DNA of 64,000 nucleotides from a candidate division WOR-3 bacterium (GTDB lineage Bacteria; Hydrothermota; Tepidihabitantia; SM23-42). The notes beneath the pieces were generated by a model. That model saw only the letters and a program-made list of their open reading frames with translations. It made no database searches and was not told where the DNA came from. The stretch is from the NCBI GenBank assembly GCA_020349965.1, contig CP070705.1, positions 689,092-753,091 of the forward strand, in the 5' to 3' direction. Position numbers and translations under genes: made by a program. Below are positions 55,216 to 64,000 of this stretch, piece by piece. Numbering within the stretch: position 1 is the first letter of the stretch; each line of letters opens with the position of its first letter.

Positions 55216-56331
55216 ATGGAGCTCAAAACGATGCTTGAGAAGATGATCAAAGTTAATGCCTCGGATATTCATTTGAAGGCAGGCTCACCCCCTGTATTCC
55301 GTGTCGACGGCAAACTTGCCGAGGAGAAGGGCGAATCACTGACTCCGGAGAGCCTGAAGGCGATGGCATACCAAATCATGACCCCAACCCAACAACAGAT
55401 GTTCGAAAGAATGAAGGAGATGGATTTTGCGATCGGCGTCCGCGGCGTCGGGCGCTTCAGGGTCAATGTCTTCTTGCAGAGAGGAAGCATCGCCATTGCA
55501 ATGCGCGCCATACCAATGTCAGTAAAGAGAATCGACGAATTGAACCTTCCTTCAATTCTGAAGGATCTCTCATTGAAGCCCCGCGGCATGATACTCTGTA
55601 CAGGAACGACAGGAAGCGGTAAATCGACGACACTCGCGGCCATGATCGAACACATAAACGAGAACGTACCCAGACACATCATTACGATAGAAGACCCGAT
55701 CGAATATTTGTTCCGGGATAACCTCTCGATTGTGTGCCAGCGTGAAGTCCTGATGGATACCGTGTCATTCTCTGTAGCGCTAAGGCATATCATGCGCCAA
55801 GATCCCGATGTTATTCTGATCGGTGAAATAAGGGACCGCGAGACGATGGACGTTGCCCTGAAAGCGGCTGACACAGGGCACCTCGTACTTTCCACGCTGC
55901 ACACGTTGAACGCCACGGAAACCATAAATCGTATCATTTCATTCTATCCACCCCACCAGCATCAACATGTGCGCGTACTGCTCGCCGCAACGCTGGTCGG
56001 AGTGATCTCGCTGCGCCTTCTGCCGCGCGCCGACGGAAAAGGACGCATACCGGCTGTCGAAGTTCTCGTTGCGACACCGACGGTCAAGGATTACCTGATG
56101 GATCCTGTTAAAACACTTCTCATACAATCCGTCATCGAAGACGGCTTTGGCCAGTATGGCATGCAAACTTTTGATCAGGCGATATTCAAACTGTATAAGG
56201 ATGGTCTAATTTCATATGACGATGCCATACAAGCGGTCACTAATCCCGATGAATTCAAGCTTCGGCTCGTCGGTATTGAGCAGACAGCAGAACGCGGCTG
56301 GGGACAATTCGAGAAGAAAGAAAAATCGTAG
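55216..56331 (+). CDS. PilT/PilU family ATPase (third, divergent)
   Basis: GTTGSGKST, EDPIE, RQDPD, ADTGHLVLSTLHT; AIRNLIRE box replaced by TVKDYLMD. Confidence 0.88.
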   Translation: MELKTMLEKMIKVNASDIHLKAGSPPVFRVDGKLAEEKGESLTPESLKAMAYQIMTPTQQQMFERMKEMDFAIGVRGVGRFRVNVFLQRGSIAIAMRAIPMSVKRIDELNLPSILKDLSLKPRGMILCTGTTGSGKSTTLAAMIEHINENVPRHIITIEDPIEYLFRDNLSIVCQREVLMDTVSFSVALRHIMRQDPDVILIGEIRDRETMDVALKAADTGHLVLSTLHTLNATETINRIISFYPPHQHQHVRVLLAATLVGVISLRLLPRADGKGRIPAVEVLVATPTVKDYLMDPVKTLLIQSVIEDGFGQYGMQTFDQAIFKLYKDGLISYDDAIQAVTNPDEFKLRLVGIEQTAERGWGQFEKKEKS

Positions 56332-56363
56332 ACCGAAAGCCTTTTACCAGTCTATATAATTAG

Positions 56364-57701
56364 ATGAATTTTCAGAAGATTCTCATAGCAAATCGGGGCG
56401 AAATCGCTTTGAGAATAATTCGTGCAGCCCATGAACTGAGATTGAAGACTGTCGCAGTCTACTCAGCGGCCGATAGCGAATCGCTCCATGCGCGGCTCGC
56501 GGACGAGGCGGTCTGCATCGGACCCGCACCGAGCAAGGAAAGTTACCTCAACATCACAAGGATAATAAGCGCGGCCGAGATCACCGGCGCAAAAGCGATC
56601 CACCCGGGGTATGGATTTCTTGCCGAGAACCCCGAATTCGCCGAGATATGTGAGTCGTGCGGAATAACGTTTATTGGCCCCCAGCCCGAGCATATAAGAG
56701 CCATGGGCGATAAGATAAAGGCAAAAGAGACAATGGAGAAAGCCGGCCTTCCAGGTATACCAGGAAGCCACGGCAATATCGATCACATGAGAGATGCACG
56801 CCGGATCACCAAAGAGATCGGATACCCCGTGATACTGAAGGCAGCTGCCGGTGGCGGCGGTAAGGGAATGCGCATCGCTCGCAGTGACGAAGAACTTGAC
56901 GCAGGTTTCCGCATTGCCCAAGCCGAAGCTAAAGCTGCATTCGGCGATGGTAGGATCTATTTAGAGAAATTCATCGGTAAACCACGACATATCGAGGTTC
57001 AAATCCTCGGCGACAACTACGGAAAGGTCATCGCCCTGGGTGAACGTGAGTGTTCAATTCAGAGACGTCACCAGAAATTGATCGAAGAATCGCCGTCCGT
57101 TGCAGTCGACGAGACATTGAGGCGAAGACTCACCCTTTCAGCGGTGGCGGCCGCCGAGAGCATCGGATATCGGTCTGCAGGCACGATCGAGTTCCTCATG
57201 GATCAAGATAAGAATTTCTACTTCATGGAAATGAATACAAGGATACAGGTTGAGCACCCAGTAACTGAAATGGTTACAGGAATCGACGTGGTCAAGGAAC
57301 AGATCAACATCGCCCTCGGAGATAGACTCAAAATCATGCAAGAGGACGTCGAATTACGCGGACATGCTATCGAATGCCGGATCAATGCCGAAGACCCGGA
57401 ACGCAACTTTGTCCCGGTCCCCGGCAAAATCGTCTTCTTCCACATGCCCCAAGGCATAGGAGTACGGTTTGATACCCACATCTTTGCCGGCCATGTCATA
57501 CCGAGTCACTACGATTCTCTGATCGGAAAACTGATCTGCCACGGAAACTCAAGGGCAGAAGCCATCGCGAGGATGAAACGTGCACTCGAAGAAATAGTGA
57601 TAGAAGGAATCACGACGACAATACCATTTCATAGAAGAATAATGGAACACCCAAAGTATGTAGAGGGTAATATCTCAACGAACTTCATCGAAGAAATGTA
57701 G
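56364..57701 (+). CDS. accC: Biotin carboxylase
   Basis: [49 protein letters not shown]. Confidence 0.97.
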   Translation: MNFQKILIANRGEIALRIIRAAHELRLKTVAVYSAADSESLHARLADEAVCIGPAPSKESYLNITRIISAAEITGAKAIHPGYGFLAENPEFAEICESCGITFIGPQPEHIRAMGDKIKAKETMEKAGLPGIPGSHGNIDHMRDARRITKEIGYPVILKAAAGGGGKGMRIARSDEELDAGFRIAQAEAKAAFGDGRIYLEKFIGKPRHIEVQILGDNYGKVIALGERECSIQRRHQKLIEESPSVAVDETLRRRLTLSAVAAAESIGYRSAGTIEFLMDQDKNFYFMEMNTRIQVEHPVTEMVTGIDVVKEQINIALGDRLKIMQEDVELRGHAIECRINAEDPERNFVPVPGKIVFFHMPQGIGVRFDTHIFAGHVIPSHYDSLIGKLICHGNSRAEAIARMKRALEEIVIEGITTTIPFHRRIMEHPKYVEGNISTNFIEEM

Positions 57702-57706
57702 CGGGT

Positions 57707-58441
57707 TTACTGGTCTTCGATGATGCCTTTCATCGGTACAAAGAGCACCGGCGCAATCTCTTCCTTCTTCAGAACGTTGCCGGTTTTTTCATATACAGTC
57801 AGAACTTGAAAATCGTCTCCCAGGGGAACGATCAATCTGCCGCCCTCGGCGAGCTGAGCAACCAAAGGACCGGGCAATTTGGGCGGTGCGCATGTTATGA
57901 TTATGGCGTCAAAAGGCGCCTTTTCCGGCCAGCCCAGAAACCCATCACCGCAGCGCACGTACACGTTACGAAAACCCAACCTGTCCAACCTTGCTGCAGC
58001 CGAATCCGCCAGTGACTCGATGATCTCGACCGTATATACTTCACTGACAAGCAACGACAGTATGGCCGCTTGATATCCAGAGCCAGTACCGACTTCGAAG
58101 ACACGGTCTGTCGTTTTGAGCTTCAACCTTTCTGTCATCAATGCTACAATATAGGGTTGTGATATCGTCTGCTCTTCGCCTATCGGCAGCGGGTGATCTC
58201 CGTAGGCCAATTTTTCGAGGGCACTGGGTACAAACCTGTGGCGTTCGACCTTGAGCATTGCCGAAATCACACCCTTATCAGTGACCCCTCTCGCCTTTAT
58301 CTGACGATCTACCATATTCTCTCTTGCAACAACATCCCAAGGGCGATTGTTACGGTTGTCCTTCGCAGCACATCCCTCGATGGCAATCACCAATATCGTG
58401 AGGGACAACAAGAGGGAGAATCTGCATTTTGGCAGGTGCAT
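57707..58441 (-). CDS. pcm: Protein-L-isoaspartate O-methyltransferase
   Basis: QTISQPYIVALM, EVGTGSGYQAA, GDGFLGWPEKAPFD, LFVPM; signal-peptide-like N-terminus. Confidence 0.93.
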   Translation of the reverse strand: MHLPKCRFSLLLSLTILVIAIEGCAAKDNRNNRPWDVVARENMVDRQIKARGVTDKGVISAMLKVERHRFVPSALEKLAYGDHPLPIGEEQTISQPYIVALMTERLKLKTTDRVFEVGTGSGYQAAILSLLVSEVYTVEIIESLADSAAARLDRLGFRNVYVRCGDGFLGWPEKAPFDAIIITCAPPKLPGPLVAQLAEGGRLIVPLGDDFQVLTVYEKTGNVLKKEEIAPVLFVPMKGIIEDQ

Positions 58442-58478
58442 GAATGAAAATCCTCTACGGTCGGAACGAATTGAGCTA

Positions 58479-58781
58479 TCAGGCGATCTTATTCAACCTG
58501 ATCCTCACTAATCCGACGTTGACATCCTTCTGGCATATGACGAATATGATGCCCTCGGCGCCTTCTTTAAGAAAAAGAACGTTGTCCCGCGTGTAGACGA
58601 TTGCCGAGGCGCCTTCTACATCGAGACTTTTCTTTATACGATTGACGACACGTGCCGCGATAGCACCCAGCTTCTCTGTATCGTACTCATAGGTAGCCTG
58701 TCCATCAATGATGAACCCATCGTCGCTGACAAGCCCGGCACCAAGAACCTTCGGAATCTTGATTAGATCTTTTATCTTCAT
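58479..58781 (-). CDS. Roadblock/LC7 (MglB/MglC-like) protein
   Basis: VLGAGLVSDDGFII, NVGLVRIRL pattern; 100 aa. Confidence 0.7.
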   Translation of the reverse strand: MKIKDLIKIPKVLGAGLVSDDGFIIDGQATYEYDTEKLGAIAARVVNRIKKSLDVEGASAIVYTRDNVLFLKEGAEGIIFVICQKDVNVGLVRIRLNKIA

Positions 58782-59710
58782 CCCAGAATCTCCTCAATCT
58801 CCTCAATGATCTTACGCGCATAGATGAAAACCAGACCCGGTTTTGTCTCGACCTTGGTGGTGACGGTCAGCAGCGAGTCACCGACCACCATGACACAAAG
58901 TGTTTCGTCCGATTTCTCGATTATGCAGCGTGTCAACCCTCCGCGTTTGAGCATTCTGAATGATTCGTCAACGTCCAGGCATATTGCGGCGACCGATGCG
59001 CAAATCGATTCAATGTCATCCTCAGCCTTACCGTAGTGCTTTATCAGAAGTCCATCCCTAGTGGAAATGACGACGTTCTTTACGGTATCTAAATCCAAAA
59101 GCCTCTTTGCGGGCTTATCCAGCGCCTCCAGTGGCACGCTCTCAACTTCAGCCGTCTTCTCCGGGAGTTCCTGAATGACCGCTTCCGGGGTCTCTTCACC
59201 CGGCTCCGGTTCCTCCATAACGGGCGCTGCAGCAGGCGGGACTACCGATATTTCATCGATTTGCAGAACCTCTTCCCTACGTGGTTCATCAGGCAATTCT
59301 ACCTCTGTAGCGGCAGTTTCGGGTTCGAGAACCGGTTTAGGAACAAGCTGCTCCAGTGCCTTTATGGCGTCGGCATTTTCGGCATTGATCTTGAGTGCTT
59401 CCTCGTAATACTTCTTGGCCTTCTCATTATCACCCAACTTGAAATAACAGTGACCAAGACACAGATTCGCACTCTCATCACTCTTGACTTCATCATATAT
59501 CGGCTCAATGGTCTCAATCGCTTTGTCGCAATCACCTTTCAAACAGTATGCCCGAGCAAGTATGATTTTAGCCAGATGGTAATTAGGGTTCCGCGCAAGT
59601 CCGTCTTTCAATATTGAAATTGCCTCTTCAATCATTCCTGATGATAGGTAAACGTCTGCCAAGGTTGCAAAAATCAACGCACCTGAATCGACCCTCAACT
59701 CATCTGCCAT
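58778..59710 (-). CDS. TPR - acidic linker - Roadblock/LC7 fusion protein
   Basis: LIFATLADVYL TPRs; E/P linker; VVISTRDGLLI...KPGLVFIYARK roadblock-like C-terminus. Confidence 0.75.
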   Translation of the reverse strand: MADELRVDSGALIFATLADVYLSSGMIEEAISILKDGLARNPNYHLAKIILARAYCLKGDCDKAIETIEPIYDEVKSDESANLCLGHCYFKLGDNEKAKKYYEEALKINAENADAIKALEQLVPKPVLEPETAATEVELPDEPRREEVLQIDEISVVPPAAAPVMEEPEPGEETPEAVIQELPEKTAEVESVPLEALDKPAKRLLDLDTVKNVVISTRDGLLIKHYGKAEDDIESICASVAAICLDVDESFRMLKRGGLTRCIIEKSDETLCVMVVGDSLLTVTTKVETKPGLVFIYARKIIEEIEEILG

Positions 59711-59725
59711 CTTCTCTCCTCAACT

Positions 59726-62101
59726 TCATATTTCCTTCTCCAATATCTCGGAAAGCTCAATCGTGAGTTTCAGACAATGCTTTATCCTATTGGCCAAATC
59801 GTCTGGTGGGCTTAAGAGCAACGCTTTCTTCCAACTCTCAGTTGCAGCACCAAAAGCACCGCGCTGCAGACTGAGCAATCCTCGATGATAATATGGCAAC
59901 GGTTTCGAGGCATCGATCTCTGTTGCCTTGTCGAAATGGCCTTCGGCTTTGTCATTATCTTTCTTTTCCGACCAATATACTCCAGCGAGGACATTATAAT
60001 CATAGTTGTCCGGATGCGTTTCTTCCAGGAATTCTATGAATCTCCTCGCCTCCACAAAATCATTTCTGTTCATATAGATTCTGAGCAATCTGAGATGCGC
60101 TGCAAGATTCTCCGGTTCAACATCAAGCACCCGAAGATATGATGCCATCGCATCATCCTCTTCGCCCAGTGAATATTCAATATCCGCAACCTCATTGAGC
60201 CAAACAGGATTATCCGGCTGGAGTTGTACTAGATGCCGGTACCGGATCAGGGCACTCTCTAATTGTCCCGATTCTTTGAACACGTGAGCAAGAGCGCTGA
60301 CCACATCTGTATTATCGGGCTGCCGTTGCTCATACTCTTCGAGCGATTTGATCGCCCGGTCCGTATCTCCATGATGAAAGAGAATGTCGGCTTTCAGAAC
60401 AAGAGCTCTGGTCAACGAAGGGTCTATCTCTAAAGCCGCATCCAATTTGCTCACCGCCTCAGAGGTTTCATTCCTCCCCAGATGTTCCTCGACCAGAGAC
60501 AGAAGTTCGTCTGGGCTCTTCCGGCTCGGTTGTTTACGGTTCTTCTCGACAACAGTGGCAGTTGACGCCTGTGACCTCGGCGTATAGTAAGGTCCGAAAT
60601 CAGAGATTGCGAGATCGAGTGAAAGATGGTACCTCACGTTGTCATAATTCGGTTCAATCTCCATTCCCTTCCTTATGTGGGCAAGACTCTCCTCGAACTT
60701 CCCAAGACGAGTCGCTATGAAGCCCATATTGTAGTATGCCCCAGCGTGATTTGGAAAAATATCGAGAACGCGTTTGAAGGCGTCGAGCGCCTTTTCGTCA
60801 TCACCCTGTTCCATATAGGTCAACCCGCGCCCGAAGTGTACATCGACCCCATCGCCTTCAAGTAATTCGAGCGATTTCTTGAAATCATCGTTCTTCAGAT
60901 GATGCATTGCAAGATTAAAACGTGCATCATCATTGCCATTATCAACGGCCTTCTGATAATTGACCATTGCCCTACTAAGATCTCCGAGGCTATATTGGGC
61001 GACGGCAAGGTTGTTGAGCACCAAAGATTCGTTCACATTCTTCGCAAGTACCTTCTGAAATGATTCAACGGCATCGGCGGCGCGACCCTGCATCAGGTAG
61101 GCAATACCTAAAGCATTCATACACTTGAGCTCATCAAAACCAACGGCCTGCGCCCTTTCAAGATGCATCACAGCTTCATCGAATTTCCGAAGGAAGATAT
61201 TCAACTCAGCGAGAGCATAATGGACTTCAGGGGCATCCTCATTTGACTTCAAGCATTCACGAAACTCCCTCGCCGCCTCATCGAATAATCCCTTGTTTCG
61301 ATATGACATACCCATGTTGAAATGAATCCGGTCCGAATCTGCCGGAGCCGTCTCCATGTCCAGTCGTTCCCTAACAGATTTCCAATGCTCTCCTTCATCA
61401 TCAATTGGAAAATCCGTGTCACCCTGTGCGAGTGAAGGGTTCAATGCGATCGCTTTCTGTATCGCAGCAACACTCTCCTCGGTCCTACCTTTTTCCCCAA
61501 GTGCAAAGCCCAGCAAAAAATATGTCTCGGCGGACGAATCATCGAACTTCAGAGCCTCCTGAAGGTTCTTTATTGCCATATCAACAACGCCCTTGCGCAA
61601 GTGGATCTCGCCCAACGCATGGTAGCCTTTGTGCGATTTTTCGATAGCCAGAGCACGATTCATCTCTTCAAGAGCATCATCGTATTTGCTCAGGCGCTTA
61701 AGCGCCATACTGAAGCCAAAGTGGGCTTGATAAGAATCCGGATTGGCATCGATGATCTTCTTGTAATACATGATGCCGTGTGAGTACTTCTTCAATTTGA
61801 CGTAGAGGTCGGCAAGTTCGAGGACCTTTGTCTCGTCATTCGGGTCTTTTTCGATATCCTTTGACAGTTGTTCTACCCTCTCTTCTAGTTTCCCGGTTTT
61901 CCTCAATATAATATCAAGATTGTTACGTGCGAGCACGAACTTTGGATCCAAATCGAGAGCTTTCTGAAGTTCCTCAATGGCTTCCTGATATAGTCCTTTG
62001 TTGTAAAAGACTATTGCCAGGTTATTATGGGCACCGGGATCATCCGGCGGTATCTTCTCCGCAACGTTGATCAGGACCCTTTGTTCGTCCGGCGATATCA
62101 T
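59726..62101 (-). CDS. Large cytoplasmic TPR-repeat protein
   Basis: Many TPRs: AHNNLAIVF, HFNMGMSY, LNNLAVAQY, AYYNMGFI, YYHRGLL. Confidence 0.88.
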   Translation of the reverse strand: MISPDEQRVLINVAEKIPPDDPGAHNNLAIVFYNKGLYQEAIEELQKALDLDPKFVLARNNLDIILRKTGKLEERVEQLSKDIEKDPNDETKVLELADLYVKLKKYSHGIMYYKKIIDANPDSYQAHFGFSMALKRLSKYDDALEEMNRALAIEKSHKGYHALGEIHLRKGVVDMAIKNLQEALKFDDSSAETYFLLGFALGEKGRTEESVAAIQKAIALNPSLAQGDTDFPIDDEGEHWKSVRERLDMETAPADSDRIHFNMGMSYRNKGLFDEAAREFRECLKSNEDAPEVHYALAELNIFLRKFDEAVMHLERAQAVGFDELKCMNALGIAYLMQGRAADAVESFQKVLAKNVNESLVLNNLAVAQYSLGDLSRAMVNYQKAVDNGNDDARFNLAMHHLKNDDFKKSLELLEGDGVDVHFGRGLTYMEQGDDEKALDAFKRVLDIFPNHAGAYYNMGFIATRLGKFEESLAHIRKGMEIEPNYDNVRYHLSLDLAISDFGPYYTPRSQASTATVVEKNRKQPSRKSPDELLSLVEEHLGRNETSEAVSKLDAALEIDPSLTRALVLKADILFHHGDTDRAIKSLEEYEQRQPDNTDVVSALAHVFKESGQLESALIRYRHLVQLQPDNPVWLNEVADIEYSLGEEDDAMASYLRVLDVEPENLAAHLRLLRIYMNRNDFVEARRFIEFLEETHPDNYDYNVLAGVYWSEKKDNDKAEGHFDKATEIDASKPLPYYHRGLLSLQRGAFGAATESWKKALLLSPPDDLANRIKHCLKLTIELSEILEKEI

Positions 62102-62197
62102 AGTATCCCATTGATTCTAATAAATCTTGCCCTTGCTGCGCCGCAGAATTCCGCACAGCATGCCCTCGCGAAGTATCTCTCCCATGCCATATACGAT

Positions 62198-62225
62198 ATT
62201 TTACAGAAATCAATGAACATGTCAA
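62198..62225 (-). promoter_or_regulatory. sigma70-type promoter of the TPR/roadblock/pcm operon
   Basis: Minus strand TTGACA-16-TAAAAT. Confidence 0.6.
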
Positions 62226-62267
62226 GAAAATCGTGGAAACACTCAAAAATTACCCAAAAATATAAAA

Positions 62268-62340
62268 TGCCAGGGCGCAGAATCGAACTGCGGACACCCG
62301 GATTTTCAGTCCGGTGCTCTACCAACTGAGCTACCCTGGC
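62268..62340 (-). tRNA. tRNA-Phe (GAA), CCA not encoded
   Basis: GCCAGGGTAGCTCAGTTGGTAGAGCACCGGACTGAAAATCCGGGTGTCCGCAGTTCGATTCTGCGCCCTGGCA forms a cloverleaf; upstream TTGACA-16-TAGAAT (62351-62378). Confidence 0.97.
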
Positions 62341-62426
62341 TCAATGATTGATTCTATACAAAATAACCGCCGTGTCAAGATAACTACGGCTGCAAGCAGT
62401 GCTCATTGCGTGGATGTCTCAAATAT

Positions 62427-64000
62427 TCAGGCATTTACATTCTTGGTATGCCTTCTTGTAGCCCTGAGCACCTCGATGAGCATGAAGAAAGTGAGAACCA
62501 GCAACAGAGTAACGATTAAACATAGACCGATCTTGCCCTCGCGCACAAATCCGAAGAACTGATAAAGGAGAGCAGCAACGGTCGTTGCGAGCATGAAGAG
62601 CGCTGGGTATAAGGCATATCTGACCGGTTTGCTCCTGCTCAATAACCAAGCTGTTACTACGAACAGTGCAAGGGCCGCCACGAGTTGATTTGCCGCGCCG
62701 AAGACCGGCCAGATCGCCTGCCACGAACCCAACGATAACCACAGGGCAAAGGCGATCACGATTGTCGTATTGAAGTAAGGGTTCTTGAACAACCGGATTC
62801 CCAGTGTCTCGCCAAACAACTCTTCGCCGAGATAACGGGTTATTCTCGTTGCCGAATCGAGAGTCGTCATGATGAAAGTCTTGAGCATGGTGATGCCGAT
62901 CAACATACCGAACGCCCCGAAGAGCGGCTTCACGATTTCGCCGTAACCAGTGCCAAAGGTGGCGATCCAATTGCCGCCGCGCATCAACTCGGGGTACACG
63001 AGTCCGGACGGTCCTCCCTTCCAATACAGGCCTGCCGAAACTGCAAGCACTGCAAGCACCGCCAACAGCCCTTCGGCGAGCATTGCGCCGTATCCGATCC
63101 TGCGCGCATCTTTCTCGTTGGAGAGTTGCTTTGCGGTGGTGCCGCTTGCGACGAGCGAGTGAAAGCCAGATATTGCCCCGCAGGCAATGATGACGAACAT
63201 CATGGGCCAGAGATCGCCCTGCGCACTCTGCCACTTAATATAGAAAGGAACGTTGATATGGGGACGGGTGATGAAGAGGCCTATGTAACCGAAGAAGAGC
63301 CCGCAAAAGAGAACAAAGCTGGCAATATAATCCCTCGGCTGAAGCAAGATGTTAACCGGCAATACCGAGGCAATGAATGCGTATCCCAGTAAACAGAAAA
63401 GCCAAAAATGAAAAGAGGCATTGATCGGCAGGTAATATCCGAGAACGATCAATCCGAAGAGTAGTATGATACCGATCACAGTCGATATGATCAGATTGAC
63501 GTTGAACCTGTATGTCAGTATGCCGACAACGAAAGCAACAACGATCAGGCCAAAAGTCGGCACAGCGACCTGGGGTGTAGTACTCAGTGTCTTGGCCGCA
63601 GATGCTGCAAATACCGCAATGACCAGAATGAGAGTGAGCCATAAGAATATCGAGAAGAAGAGGCGCGCATTACGACTGAGTACCTGTTCGGCAACCGTGG
63701 CGATCGATCTTCCCTTTTCGCGCACCGATATCATCAAACTCGAGAAATCATGTACGCCGCCGATGAATATCGAACCGAGGAAGATCCACAGAACGGCCGG
63801 ACCCCATCCCCAGACGACGACTGCAATGACCGGGCCGAGTATCGGACCGGCGCCCGCGATCGAAGCAAAATGGTGACCAAACAAGATCATCCAGTGCTTG
63901 GCCGGCACGTAGTCTCGTCCATCGTAATGCGTGTGTGCCGGTGTCTTGCATGTAGGATCTACATTGTACAATCTGGCAAGGATGCTGCCATAGAATTTGT
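62427..64000 (-). CDS. cstA: Carbon starvation protein A / peptide-pyruvate transporter, 5' end outside window
   Basis: DGRDYVP, GHHFASIAGAGPILGP, IACGAISGFHSL, YGAMLAEG, WPVFGAANQL; frame stays open to window edge. Confidence 0.95.
   Translation of the reverse strand, partial: KFYGSILARLYNVDPTCKTPAHTHYDGRDYVPAKHWMILFGHHFASIAGAGPILGPVIAVVVWGWGPAVLWIFLGSIFIGGVHDFSSLMISVREKGRSIATVAEQVLSRNARLFFSIFLWLTLILVIAVFAASAAKTLSTTPQVAVPTFGLIVVAFVVGILTYRFNVNLIISTVIGIILLFGLIVLGYYLPINASFHFWLFCLLGYAFIASVLPVNILLQPRDYIASFVLFCGLFFGYIGLFITRPHINVPFYIKWQSAQGDLWPMMFVIIACGAISGFHSLVASGTTAKQLSNEKDARRIGYGAMLAEGLLAVLAVLAVSAGLYWKGGPSGLVYPELMRGGNWIATFGTGYGEIVKPLFGAFGMLIGITMLKTFIMTTLDSATRITRYLGEELFGETLGIRLFKNPYFNTTIVIAFALWLSLGSWQAIWPVFGAANQLVAALALFVVTAWLLSRSKPVRYALYPALFMLATTVAALLYQFFGFVREGKIGLCLIVTLLLVLTFFMLIEVLRATRRHTKNVNA

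Noticed and set aside
62102-62340. Island integrated at tRNA-Phe
   Set aside because: No integrase, no duplicated tRNA 3' end, flanks look like core genes

Overview
64 kb of a gene-dense bacterial chromosome with no prophage, integrase, transposase or CRISPR array. LptE, a DUF4837-like lipoprotein, a C25 gingipain-family protein and T9SS/FlgD-type C-terminal domains suggest an anaerobic, peptide-degrading diderm of the FCB-related candidate phyla (WOR-3-like; this is inference, not a database result). Left third: a STAND/SARP regulator, priA, glycosylation genes, LptE, several peptidases, GTP-PEPCK and two secreted CTD proteins. Centre (26.3-42.1 kb): a sigma54 two-component system, glutamate dehydrogenase, and an operon built like a clostridial [FeFe]-hydrogenase (HydABC/Hnd) locus with its DRTGG/kinase/PHP regulatory cassette. 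That operon has no catalytic HydA. It encodes a NuoF/HydB-GltD fusion, an H-cluster-less Cys-rich FeS subunit and a stand-alone glutamate-synthase FMN-domain protein; this is the best candidate for an undescribed system. Right third: HU, mreBCD-mrdA-rodA, three PilT/PilU ATPases, recG, accB/accC, a TPR/roadblock cluster, pcm, tRNA-Phe and a 5'-truncated cstA. Non-coding observations: inverted arrays of 7-bp repeats in four places (one pair flanking a four-helix-bundle gene, two empty, one pair inside a CDS), a 136-bp REP/MITE-like element, a 15/16-identical operator upstream of both gdh and the redox operon, at least five apparently leaderless genes, mostly 16-bp promoter spacers, and small ORFs absent from the ORF track.
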